Shown here: piece after piece, positions 17,907-27,011 of the stretch
Layout: each line of letters starts with the position of its first letter
Position numbering within the stretch: position 1 is the stretch's first letter
Virus record (IMG/VR): IMGVR_UViG_3300017589_000281
Span: 1 to 35,515 of that record
Origin: a virus
Lineage: Duplodnaviria > Caudoviricetes
Reading direction: 5' to 3' (one strand)
Length of the DNA stretch: 35,515 bases
The notes under the pieces: generated by a model
What the model saw: only the letters and a program-made list of their open reading frames with translations
What the model was told of the DNA's origin: nothing
Databases searched by the model: none
Position numbers and translations under genes: made by a program

Positions 17907-19010
17907 TTAAAGGATACTGATAAGATCATAAAAATAAAACTTCTTATTTCTGGAAACATCATTGTGGGATATTATTTTTCCATCACTTAGCATGGCTAAA
18001 TAGTTTCGCGCAGTATTTGGATTGATTTTCAATTTTTTTGAGATCGATAGCGCAGTAAAAATAGGACTTTCAAAAAGCAAAGGAATTAAGTCGACCATAG
18101 TTGATGTATCTTTAATTTTTCTTGCTTTTTTTAATGTACTCTCATATAAACTATCAATTTTTTCAATCTTGTCTGTGTCTTTTATTGTTTGCTCAGTAAC
18201 AGAGCTAATGAAAAAAGAAATCCATTCCTGCCACCCTTGCTTTGTGTTTTCTCTGGTTCCATTTAAGAGATTATAGTATTTAAATCTATTTTTTTCAAGT
18301 GATTCGCTGACAAAAAAGTTTGGCGTATCTATTTGATTAAAATAAAATAAAACAACAGGAATTAAAACACGTCCTAGTCGTCCGTTTCCATCAAGAAAAG
18401 GATGTATGGTTTCGAATTGGGCGTGAAAAATAGCTGTTCTTATAATTGGATGATTTGTTTGGTCGTAATTTATATATTTTTCAAGGTTAGACATTGCGTC
18501 ATCTATTTTTTCAGGTGACGGAGGAATGAAAGCTGCATTGTTTATTGTGCATCCTTTAGGGCCAATGTAATTTTGAGTTTGTCTATATTCTCCTGGACTT
18601 AAATTTTTACCCCGTACATTCCCCGCCATAAGTATTCTATGCAATGAACGAAATAATCTATTAGAGATAGCAAATTGGTTAACCTGTTTTTCCGCAGCTT
18701 TTACAGTATCGAAATAGCTAAAAACTTCTTCGATATCTTGATTTTTACCCTGGGGTTTAGATATTTCATATTCATACACATCAGTTATGGTTGCTTGTGT
18801 ACCTTCAATTTTAGTTGAAAAAATAGCTTCGTTAAAAAGCAAACTTGAATAAATTAAATCCGGGTTCAATTTGGTCTTTTTAGAGACAGTTTTAAATTTT
18901 GTTATAGCTTCAGTATATTTTAACAATTCGGTGTGGAATAATATGTCTTCAAATTGGTCGTTATTTTTGAATACAAGCGGTAGTTCCATGGGAATAAAAG
19001 ATTTTTTCAT
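17907..19010 (-). CDS. fic: Fic-domain protein (class II, N-terminal autoinhibitory helix, C-terminal winged HTH)
   Basis: HPFLDGNGRLGR canonical Fic motif; STKIEG matches (S/T)xxxE(G/N); start ATG 19010 with AGGGGTG RBS. Confidence 0.95.
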   Translation of the reverse strand: MKKSFIPMELPLVFKNNDQFEDILFHTELLKYTEAITKFKTVSKKTKLNPDLIYSSLLFNEAIFSTKIEGTQATITDVYEYEISKPQGKNQDIEEVFSYFDTVKAAEKQVNQFAISNRLFRSLHRILMAGNVRGKNLSPGEYRQTQNYIGPKGCTINNAAFIPPSPEKIDDAMSNLEKYINYDQTNHPIIRTAIFHAQFETIHPFLDGNGRLGRVLIPVVLFYFNQIDTPNFFVSESLEKNRFKYYNLLNGTRENTKQGWQEWISFFISSVTEQTIKDTDKIEKIDSLYESTLKKARKIKDTSTMVDLIPLLFESPIFTALSISKKLKINPNTARNYLAMLSDGKIISHNDVSRNKKFYFYDLISIL

Positions 19011-19051
19011 TTTAAGCACCCCTTTAACAATATTTTTACTCCTACAAACAT

Positions 19052-19095
19052 ATTATATGCGTTTTAAATCAAAAAATCAATAGTTTTTGATTTAA
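19052..19095 (-). promoter_or_regulatory. fic promoter with overlapping 12-bp inverted repeat
   Basis: TTGATT-17 nt-TATAAT; TTAAATCAAAAA (19064-19075) / TTTTTGATTTAA (19084-19095). Confidence 0.75.
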
Positions 19096-19130
19096 TTTAT
19101 AAAATTATTTTGATAATAGGCTTCATCATC

Positions 19131-19166
19131 AAACCAACCACCGGTTAGGGTGGCTGGTTTCTTATC
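19131..19166. terminator. Terminator-like hairpin between late promoter and fic
   Basis: AAACCAACCACC..GGTGGCTGGTTT; better U-tract on plus strand (TTTCTTAT). Confidence 0.6.
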
Positions 19167-19190
19167 TCTAATTTTAATACCGATATATAA

Positions 19191-19239
19191 TTGTCCTTAT
19201 TATAAATTGTACACCATCAAAAACGGACAAACCGGACAA
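19191..19239 (-). promoter_or_regulatory. Putative activator-dependent late promoter
   Basis: Immediately after late regulator stop; direct repeat TTGTCCG x2 (19224-19230, 19233-19239) instead of a correctly spaced -35; -10-like TACAAT and TATAAT. Confidence 0.55.
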
Positions 19240-19244
19240 CTTTA

Positions 19245-19628
19245 TTAAAATTTCAAATATCTATCGTGTGCTTTTCGAATTCCTTCGTCAGTATTTCCTC
19301 CGCCTATGAAAAATGATAACTGCACCCATGTGGGTCTACGGTCGCCTTGTATGTATCGATAAAAGAATATTTTACGAATATGATAATCTTCTATGCCATC
19401 AATAAATTTGAATGTCTCATTGCATTTTAGTGCCAGTGCCCGTTTTTCGTCCCAAAGCTTTTGTAATTCTGCTTTTCTATCTATGCCATACCCATAAACT
19501 TTAACGTTGTGATCGGACGACTTAACTGTTGCAAACGTCTTGAATTTATGGATTTCACATATTAAAACTCGAATGCGTTGTTGCATAGAACGGTAGTTCA
19601 GTAACTCTTTCTTAGTCAAATAATCCAC
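19245..19628 (-). CDS. Late transcriptional activator (ArpU/RinA-like)
   Basis: Last gene of the early operon; ELLNYR, IRKIFFYRYI..W..RKAHDRYL pattern. Confidence 0.75.
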   Translation of the reverse strand: MDYLTKKELLNYRSMQQRIRVLICEIHKFKTFATVKSSDHNVKVYGYGIDRKAELQKLWDEKRALALKCNETFKFIDGIEDYHIRKIFFYRYIQGDRRPTWVQLSFFIGGGNTDEGIRKAHDRYLKF

Positions 19629-19637
19629 TCCTTTTTG

Positions 19638-19979
19638 TCAGATCTGATTTGATATCTTTGTTTTCATTTGGTCTAAAATATTGTTCAGCAGTGTTTTATT
19701 TATGCGCTTTGAATTCAAAGCCTTTTTTAAAGTTTCTAGGTCTTCAATTAGCTCATCAAAACAGGCGCTGTTACTTTCAAGACTAGACTCGTAAGAACTT
19801 AAATCACTGCTAGTTTTGTCCCTGGCACAATCGACTTGCTCCCTCATATCGTTTATCAAAGCTTTGAAGTACTCCATTGCCTCGACTCCCATATACTGAT
19901 TAACAAAATATTCAAAATCCGGGGTGGCTAGTATCATCTGTACACCTCCGCCCTTAATCGCCATTAAACTACCCATCAA
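19638..19979 (-). CDS. Hypothetical phage protein (coiled coil)
   Basis: Tightly packed in the operon; exact start uncertain. Confidence 0.7.
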   Translation of the reverse strand: MMGSLMAIKGGGVQMILATPDFEYFVNQYMGVEAMEYFKALINDMREQVDCARDKTSSDLSSYESSLESNSACFDELIEDLETLKKALNSKRINKTLLNNILDQMKTKISNQI

Positions 19980-21351
19980 GTTCCCCTTTCACTTTCTCAA
20001 TTCTAGCTTTCAAGCTTTCGATTAGCCTGTCCTGCGTTGCACCTTTATCGCCCAGTGCCTTGACCACATCTTCATCACGACCGCCCTCAACCACTAAATG
20101 GTGTATGATTACTTTTTGCGTTTGCCCTTGCCGGTGTAGCCTTTTATTTGCCTGTTGGTATAGTTCTAACGACCAGTTAAGCCCAAACCATATAACGTGA
20201 TTACCTCCGTTTTGCAGGTTAAGCCCATAAGCTGCACTTGCGGGGTGGGCAAGAAGGATATCGATTTTCCTATCGTTCCAATCGGTTTCATCTTGTGGTG
20301 TTGCCAAACGTCTAACCCTTAGCTTTGACTTTTCCAGTGCTTTTTCAATGCGAATTAAATCGTGCTTAAAGTTATAAAAAACAAGTGCGGGTTGTCCGTT
20401 TAGTTGCTCAACAAGTTCTAGAAAAGCCTCTATTTTGCAATCGTGTATGCCCACTATGTTTCTATCGCTGTCATATACGGCGCCGTTGCAAAGCTGTAAT
20501 AATTTATTGCTTAAAACTGCCGCCGTTCCTGCGTCGATAGTGCTGTCCATAACTTCAAGCAACATTTCTTTTTCAAGCTTGTTATATTGCTTTTGGGCTT
20601 TGTCATCCAGGACAACGGGGATGTCGTTAACAATGCAATCAGGCAAGGACAAATAATCTTCAGCTTTCATGGATATACATATATCGCCTATGAGCTCCTG
20701 TATTACATCCCTTGCGCCCTCTTTGGGTTTATAGCTGAATACCTGTTGTGCATTGCGTGCATCAGGCTCAAAATACCTCGCTCTAAAGCCACCTATTGTT
20801 TTCCCCAGCCTTTCCCCGCCATCAAGCAAGAAAACTTGCGCCCATACGTCAATCATCCCGTTGGGGGCAGGAGTGCCTGTAAGCAATGTAATTCTCTTTA
20901 TGTGTGGCCGTATCCATTTTAAGCTTTTAAATCGTTTTGCTTGGTGGTTTTTAAAGCTGCTGCTTTCATCAATCACGACCATATCGAATGGCCATGCGTT
21001 GCGATAATGCTCAACAAGCCAAGGAACATTCTCACGGTTAATAATCCAAATGTCTGCTGGGGTGTTCAAAGCACGCACCCTTTTTGTTTGACTACCCAAA
21101 ACCGTTTGTATTCTCAAATGCTCTAGCTGTTCCCACTTTGCTGCCTCTTTGCTCCAGGTTGCCTCTGCCACCTTTTTGGGGGCTATAACCAAAACCTTTC
21201 CCACCTCAAAACGGTTATACTTAAGCTCTTGTATAGCTGATAGGGTTATTACGGTTTTGCCGAGTCCCATATCAAGGAATAATCCGATAGCTGGGTCAGT
21301 AACAATACGTCTAATGCAATAATCTTGATAATCATGCGGTTTAAAATTCAT
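19969..21351 (-). CDS. SNF2-like (SF2) helicase
   Basis: DMGLGKT, DESS, LTGTP, GLNLQ, QANKRLHRQGQ motifs. Confidence 0.95.
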   Translation of the reverse strand: MNFKPHDYQDYCIRRIVTDPAIGLFLDMGLGKTVITLSAIQELKYNRFEVGKVLVIAPKKVAEATWSKEAAKWEQLEHLRIQTVLGSQTKRVRALNTPADIWIINRENVPWLVEHYRNAWPFDMVVIDESSSFKNHQAKRFKSLKWIRPHIKRITLLTGTPAPNGMIDVWAQVFLLDGGERLGKTIGGFRARYFEPDARNAQQVFSYKPKEGARDVIQELIGDICISMKAEDYLSLPDCIVNDIPVVLDDKAQKQYNKLEKEMLLEVMDSTIDAGTAAVLSNKLLQLCNGAVYDSDRNIVGIHDCKIEAFLELVEQLNGQPALVFYNFKHDLIRIEKALEKSKLRVRRLATPQDETDWNDRKIDILLAHPASAAYGLNLQNGGNHVIWFGLNWSLELYQQANKRLHRQGQTQKVIIHHLVVEGGRDEDVVKALGDKGATQDRLIESLKARIEKVKGELDG

Positions 21352-21607
21352 TGTCTATCAGCTCCTCGCTGTCAAGAACAAGCACCGTAAACCCTAATCG
21401 GTGTAGCTCTCTATGTTTTGCAAGTTGAAGGGGGGTAGGCTTTTTGCCTGGTGCTTTAAGCTCGACAAATATAATTCTTCCCCCGGGTAAGCATACCAAT
21501 CTATCCGGCACACCACTGTTCCCTGGGGAAACAAACTTATACGCTCTGCCCCCCAATTTTTTAACCTGCTTGACAAGATACTGCTCAATCTGCTTTTCGG
21601 TCTGCAT
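21341..21607 (-). CDS. VRR-NUC domain nuclease
   Basis: E..GVPDR..FVELK..LQ PD-(D/E)xK pattern. Confidence 0.93.
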   Translation of the reverse strand: MQTEKQIEQYLVKQVKKLGGRAYKFVSPGNSGVPDRLVCLPGGRIIFVELKAPGKKPTPLQLAKHRELHRLGFTVLVLDSEELIDNEF

Positions 21608-21627
21608 TTTATACCTCCTTTTTTTGG

Positions 21628-21871
21628 TGTAACAGTTTACCCTTTTTCCCTATATATTACGCGTAGGGCGTTTAGGCGTTTCGTATACCCTCTATCTCTC
21701 TATATTTATACTTATATATAATAAGTGTTACATCTGTTACAAATAGCTTTAAAGCCTTGTTTTACCTTGCTACACTTAGTGTAACAGTTCGCTTTTAAAC
21801 TGTTACAACTGTTAACGTTTTGTAAGATTTTAGGGTAACAGATTTCTTAAGTGTTACAATCAACTGTTACA
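21628..21871. repeat. Putative phage replication origin with TGTWACA iterons
   Basis: Seven perfect TGTTACA/TGTAACA copies (21628, 21726, 21735, 21780, 21801, 21852, 21865) plus variants and an AT-rich tract in the intergenic gap after the primase/helicase. Confidence 0.75.
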
Positions 21872-21885
21872 ATAATCCTCTCAGC

Positions 21886-24294
21886 TTAAATCCTGTTTTC
21901 AAAGCCCCTTTGCATACCATAAAAGCTAAAACGTTGGGTGCCTTTTTTTCGTTCCCATCCTTGAACCAAAGACAAAATATTGTTAATTTCTCTAGTGTCA
22001 ACTTGCTTTAAAAAGCTGATATCCTTACCAAAGCATTCGCACCAAATTTCAGCAGCACAAACCCTATCACGCTCTTTTGTCTCTGCGTTATCCAGCTTGA
22101 ACTCGCCTGTCCAATACATTCGCCTTTGGCTTAGGTTTCGCTTGTCCCAGTCAAGTGGAATAGGCTTTGAAAGAAAGTCCCTTATAATGCCCTCTTTCGC
22201 GTTGCTCACCCTATGGGTTTCTTGCTCGTCTTTTGAAAGCTTTTCAGCCTCACCACTGAGGAATAAGGGTTCACCAACTTGCCAAGCAATAAACGCCTCT
22301 GCCCATATTTGGTCTACTTCATTTTCAAGCTGTGTAAAAACATCTTTCGTTGCCTTATTTATCCCAACATCAACCGGCCAAAAACGTCTATTGCCTGTAT
22401 GATCCCTTAAGAATTCGTTATCATTTGTAGAACCAAAGAACACGCAACGTCTAGGATAACTGCTTGTCCGTCTGCCATAGGGCTCTCTGAAAATGTCTTC
22501 CGTTCGGCTTAAAAATTGTTTTACTGCATTTGTTTCAGATTTAGAAAAACCGTTAAGTTCTCCGAGTTCATTTATCCATACGCCTTGAATCATTTCGGAA
22601 GCCTCTTTGCCCTCGAACGTCTGCAAGCTATCGGAATACCAACGCTTACCCAGCATTCTTAAAAATGTGCTTTTACCAATGCCCTGTGGCCCTGCGAATA
22701 TAGGCATATAATCGTATTTAGTTCCAGGTGCCATTGCCCTTGCAACTGCTGCTGTTATGCTTTTTCGGCATACTGCCCTTGTATATGCGGTGTCATTTGC
22801 GCCTAGATAGTCACACAGTAACGTATCAAGCCTTTTAGAGCCGTCCCATTGCAAAGACTTAAGGTATTCTTGAACGTCATTTATTCGGTGTTTAAACGCG
22901 CATAGGGCAACGCCATCATATATTCTGTCTTTTCCTGATATACCGTACACCTTTTCTATGTAATGCCTTAGTCCAACATCATCAGTATCGCCCCATTGCC
23001 TGCGAGCAATTCTGCCGTCCCAGGGTAAAGCACCGAGTGCCAAACCTCTATTTGCAAATTCATCAAAGGCGAGTTTTTCCCTTAGCAAAGGGTCATTTTC
23101 TAATATAATCAACACATTGTCAACTGTTTTTGCGGGTTGCCCCGTTGTAGGGGACACTGCAAGCTTTTCTATCCAATCAAGTGAATTTTCCTCAATCTCT
23201 GTTTTATTATCCCCAAAGACCTCAACGGCTTTTTCGTATCTTTCTTGATTGAGAATACTTGCAACCCCAGCATTTTCAACGGCATATTTGCACATTGATG
23301 TATAGCTTGGTAGTCTGTTTGTAGGAGTTCCAAAGTCTGCTTTATCGTCTTGTTCGCCAAATTTATGTAGCCTTACAAGGTCAAAAGCATTTACGAGTTT
23401 GCCACTGCATGGGTCGGTTGCGTGGTGACTATACAGGAAATTGCCATCATCATATACAACTGCGCCCCCTGCGGTTGAGCCACCTAGATAGGTGTATCTG
23501 TCTGTGCCAATGTCACACTTTTCATATTCTCCAGGGATAAGTTCATCCATAGCCTTTATTACATCATAAGTGCGACAAAAAGCGCCAACAACACCCTGCT
23601 TTTCGGTAGGGTTGCCTTGTCTTTTTGCTAGTTTGATATAACTGTCCTGTGTTCCTGGCACTTGTGGCCACTGCGATATATTTCGCCAATCGCCATACAT
23701 CGCGAGAACACCATCAGCAGAAAGAAAAGGGCTATCACCATACGAGTATATAAAAGTGCTATCAGCGCAACAGGACGGCCAATACATTAACCGACTAGCC
23801 TCAAAAGTGGTTGCATCGCAAAGCTCAATACCAATAAGGCTTGCTGTTTTTCTTGCGATAGGCTCATACTCATCCGCTGAAACTGTTCGGTCAAAAGGAA
23901 TAAGCACTCTAAGCCTTGGGTTTGCCTCGTGGTGCTTGCGTGTTGAGTATATGGCAAATCCACAGCCAAGTCCTTTAACACGATTTTGCACATCCTGTGT
24001 GCCACCAGCGGGGATATTATCAAGGTCTAGGGTTAATACATCACGCCCTAGAACCTTATCAGCTTTACGCCGATTGCCCTCTAATGTGCCGGCAACAAAA
24101 CCACCAACGTCTTTTAAATCGTCCTGCTGTGATTTTTTATATCCAAGGTAATCGGCAAGGGTTTCTTTACCTCTTACTGGGGTTTTTAATCTATCCACCA
24201 GCTCCGCCCACATAAGGGTGGACGGGTTCCAAGAAATAGCCTTTCGACTTCCTGCGGTGGATATTGTTATTAGTCGGTTGTTATTTATAATCAA
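21886..24294 (-). CDS. Primase-helicase, VirE/VapE-like
   Basis: N-terminal LDLD..YST..H..RLR primase-like motifs; GPQGIGKS Walker A, NELGE Walker B, TGNRRF. Confidence 0.92.
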   Translation of the reverse strand: MIINNNRLITISTAGSRKAISWNPSTLMWAELVDRLKTPVRGKETLADYLGYKKSQQDDLKDVGGFVAGTLEGNRRKADKVLGRDVLTLDLDNIPAGGTQDVQNRVKGLGCGFAIYSTRKHHEANPRLRVLIPFDRTVSADEYEPIARKTASLIGIELCDATTFEASRLMYWPSCCADSTFIYSYGDSPFLSADGVLAMYGDWRNISQWPQVPGTQDSYIKLAKRQGNPTEKQGVVGAFCRTYDVIKAMDELIPGEYEKCDIGTDRYTYLGGSTAGGAVVYDDGNFLYSHHATDPCSGKLVNAFDLVRLHKFGEQDDKADFGTPTNRLPSYTSMCKYAVENAGVASILNQERYEKAVEVFGDNKTEIEENSLDWIEKLAVSPTTGQPAKTVDNVLIILENDPLLREKLAFDEFANRGLALGALPWDGRIARRQWGDTDDVGLRHYIEKVYGISGKDRIYDGVALCAFKHRINDVQEYLKSLQWDGSKRLDTLLCDYLGANDTAYTRAVCRKSITAAVARAMAPGTKYDYMPIFAGPQGIGKSTFLRMLGKRWYSDSLQTFEGKEASEMIQGVWINELGELNGFSKSETNAVKQFLSRTEDIFREPYGRRTSSYPRRCVFFGSTNDNEFLRDHTGNRRFWPVDVGINKATKDVFTQLENEVDQIWAEAFIAWQVGEPLFLSGEAEKLSKDEQETHRVSNAKEGIIRDFLSKPIPLDWDKRNLSQRRMYWTGEFKLDNAETKERDRVCAAEIWCECFGKDISFLKQVDTREINNILSLVQGWERKKGTQRFSFYGMQRGFENRI

Positions 24295-24317
24295 AGGTCC
24301 TGCCTCCTCTATGCCAT

Positions 24318-26306
24318 TTAATCCTTTTGATAAAACTCTGTAATAAACCCATCAGCCCTAAGTATTAGCCCATCCGCCCATTCAATTTGTTGTCCCATTA
24401 TATCGCAGGCTTTTTCAAGACTTGCGCTTTTTGGCATATCCAAAATAACCTCATCATGGACGTGCATAACTATTTTAAAGCCTGCGTCCTCTAGCCTTTG
24501 CATACTAACAGCTAAGCAGTCCCTGGCAATTGCCTGAACTATATTCTCGACAAGCTTTCCACCATAGGTTTCAAGCATTCCCCATTGCTTTTTATCATTA
24601 ACGCCGTAATAGCAAATGCTTTCGTTTCCCCATTGGTTAGACCCCATAAATGGCTTTACATAAAACAACTTTCTTCCACTTGGGAGCGTTATAGTTAGAA
24701 AATCTTGTCCGTTCTTAAAATCACTCTCGCGAGAAAATATAAGCCCTTTGGTCCCAGTTTGCTGTGCAGTTCTCATACATTCAAGTGCTGCGTTCTCAAC
24801 AGAATACCATAGGTCAACAATACGCTTATTTGATTGTCGCCACCGTCTAACGATATCGGGGATTTCTTCTTCAGTTAATCCCATTTCAAGCGCCCCCATT
24901 TGTTTGAGCGCTCCAGAACTTCCTTGATAACCAAGTGCAAGTTCTGCAATCTTCCCTTTTTGTCTTAGTGCATATTCTGGGTTTCCTTTTTTGATCAGTT
25001 CCAAAGGAACACCGAACATAGCTGAGGCTGATGCTTCATATATCTTGCCATGTGTTGCAAAAACGTCTTGCCTCCACTGCTCTCCAGCAAGCCAAGCTAT
25101 AACTCTTGCCTCAATCGCTGAAAAGTCGGCAACAAGAAAAGTATTGCCCTGTGACGGCACAAAAGCCGTTCGGATAAGCTGCGAAAGGGTATCAGGAACA
25201 TTCCCATATAGCATTTTTAAAGCAACTATGTTTTTTTCTTTAACGAACCTCCTCGCAAGAGGCAGGGTTTCTAAGTAGTTTCTAGGTAGATTTTGTGGTT
25301 GAACAAAGCGCCCTGCCCATCTACCAGTACGATTTGCGCCATAAAACTGAAATAGCCCTCTTATTCGCCCATCATCACAAACAACGTCCTGCATAGTGGC
25401 ATATTTTTTAACACTTGTTTTAGATAATTCTTGCCTTATTTCAAGCGCACGTTTTACTTCGCCATTTGTGTTTTCAATAAGCTCTGATACGGTTGCTTTT
25501 TGTAGGTTTTCAATTTTATTGTTTGTTTTGCTTTCAACCCATTGTGTTAATTGTTTTGCACTGTTTGGGTTATCAAGACTTGTTATTTTAACAGCCTCTT
25601 CGGTTAGTTCTTGCGTGCTTATGTCGCTTAGTTCAAGAGCGCCATGCACCATATTCATATCTAGTGCCACGCCACGGCTATTAATTTCAAGGTCTAGCTC
25701 CCATTCTTTTTGGGTGTGACTAGGAACAGGGAAAGCCGATAGCCTGTTTTCAATCTCCATTTCTGTAATGACGTCTTGCTTGCAGTATTCTTTGAACAAA
25801 TCCCATTTTGCAGGTTCGTGGTGTGGAAGTGTTCTGTTTCTAAATCCGTTTGCTTTAGTGGGGTTGCAGGGGCAACAAAAAGTCTTGATTAAAGCCTTGC
25901 CTGTTGTAAGTTTTTGTTTTTCTATTGGTAGTCCAACAGCCTCACCAACTTTTGCAAGACCTGACGGATAACCGCAATATAAGCCATGGAGCATTGTGCA
26001 TTGCCATTGGAATATCCAAGCTGTTGGAAATATTAGCTTAAGATGTTTAGACAAGCAATACCATTCAAAGCTTGCGTTGTATGCGTGTTTTACGATTTGA
26101 GGGTTTAGTAAAGCGCCGACTAGCGCTAATGGAAGTTCTTCACCTTTTGCAAGGTCAACTATTTCGGTAGTATCACCATTAAAGCTGTATGCAAGTAACA
26201 GTATTTGAAAATCAGGGGACTGCACATATTTGTACAGCCCTGATTTAAGCAAATCTACCGAAGAATAAGTTTCAATGTCGATAGATAAATGTTGCATAAT
26301 TATCAC
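24318..26306 (-). CDS. Phage DNA polymerase, family A, with 3'-5' exonuclease
   Basis: DIET, AYNASFE, YCKQD exo motifs; TGR; DFSAIEAR motif A; RQKGKIAELALGY motif B; HVHDE motif C. Confidence 0.96.
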   Translation of the reverse strand: MIIMQHLSIDIETYSSVDLLKSGLYKYVQSPDFQILLLAYSFNGDTTEIVDLAKGEELPLALVGALLNPQIVKHAYNASFEWYCLSKHLKLIFPTAWIFQWQCTMLHGLYCGYPSGLAKVGEAVGLPIEKQKLTTGKALIKTFCCPCNPTKANGFRNRTLPHHEPAKWDLFKEYCKQDVITEMEIENRLSAFPVPSHTQKEWELDLEINSRGVALDMNMVHGALELSDISTQELTEEAVKITSLDNPNSAKQLTQWVESKTNNKIENLQKATVSELIENTNGEVKRALEIRQELSKTSVKKYATMQDVVCDDGRIRGLFQFYGANRTGRWAGRFVQPQNLPRNYLETLPLARRFVKEKNIVALKMLYGNVPDTLSQLIRTAFVPSQGNTFLVADFSAIEARVIAWLAGEQWRQDVFATHGKIYEASASAMFGVPLELIKKGNPEYALRQKGKIAELALGYQGSSGALKQMGALEMGLTEEEIPDIVRRWRQSNKRIVDLWYSVENAALECMRTAQQTGTKGLIFSRESDFKNGQDFLTITLPSGRKLFYVKPFMGSNQWGNESICYYGVNDKKQWGMLETYGGKLVENIVQAIARDCLAVSMQRLEDAGFKIVMHVHDEVILDMPKSASLEKACDIMGQQIEWADGLILRADGFITEFYQKD

Positions 26307-27010
26307 ACTATCGGTTGCCCTGTGATAGGGTCTATCGCAGGTGCATAGCTTTGTTGTGCTTGATATGGAGGTTGTGCGTTATAACTTGCTTGTGGGTGAT
26401 ATTGTGGCTGGGCTTGAGGGTCATAAATCGCTTGAGGTTGTGCTTGATACTGAGGCTGTTGCGGATAAGCAGGAGCTCCACCGAATACGTCAGAGGCGCT
26501 TACTCTACCACCCAGTGGCTCACCGTCACGCATTTTTTGAACTGGTCCAAGCCCTGCGCCGATACCTTTTTTGCCGGCAGCACTATAAGGGAAAAAGTTT
26601 ATAAATACCCTTGCATACATTCCACTGTATATTTGAGTTGAAGAAAAGACTGGGTTGCTATTTGCGTCCACCACTTCTGGTTGTATTTTGCTAGATGCCG
26701 TCATAACCCAATGCCCTTTGCACTCCTCGCTGAAAGCCTCGCCATTTAAGCGAGCACCGTCACCGTCATAAATTGGTATAGGTGGCTGTGCAGGTCTTGC
26801 GCCGTTCCATGTTTTTGCAACGCCCTCACTAATTGCGGCCGCAATAGCAGAGTCAATTCTTTGCTTTGTTGCAAAATCTGATTTAGGGATTAAGATAGTA
26901 CAGCTATATTTTTCCTCTTGTCCTGGTTGGTTTGCATAAGGTTTAAGCAGGTGCTCATAGCTAATGCGCACCTCTCCTGTTACTACTTGGCTTTGTCTTA
27001 AATCTCCCAT
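26303..27010 (-). CDS. ssDNA-binding protein (DUF2815 / T7 gp2.5-like)
   Basis: VRISY, KYSCTILIPK, YSGMYAR, DGEPLGG; start ATG 27010 with GGAGG RBS. Confidence 0.9.
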   Translation of the reverse strand: MGDLRQSQVVTGEVRISYEHLLKPYANQPGQEEKYSCTILIPKSDFATKQRIDSAIAAAISEGVAKTWNGARPAQPPIPIYDGDGARLNGEAFSEECKGHWVMTASSKIQPEVVDANSNPVFSSTQIYSGMYARVFINFFPYSAAGKKGIGAGLGPVQKMRDGEPLGGRVSASDVFGGAPAYPQQPQYQAQPQAIYDPQAQPQYHPQASYNAQPPYQAQQSYAPAIDPITGQPIV

Positions 27011-27011
27011 T

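Noticed and set aside
21628-21871. Repeats considered as a CRISPR array, with DUF2800 as Cas4
   Set aside because: Repeats are 7 bp and irregularly spaced; the nuclease sits in a standard phage replication module with no cas genes
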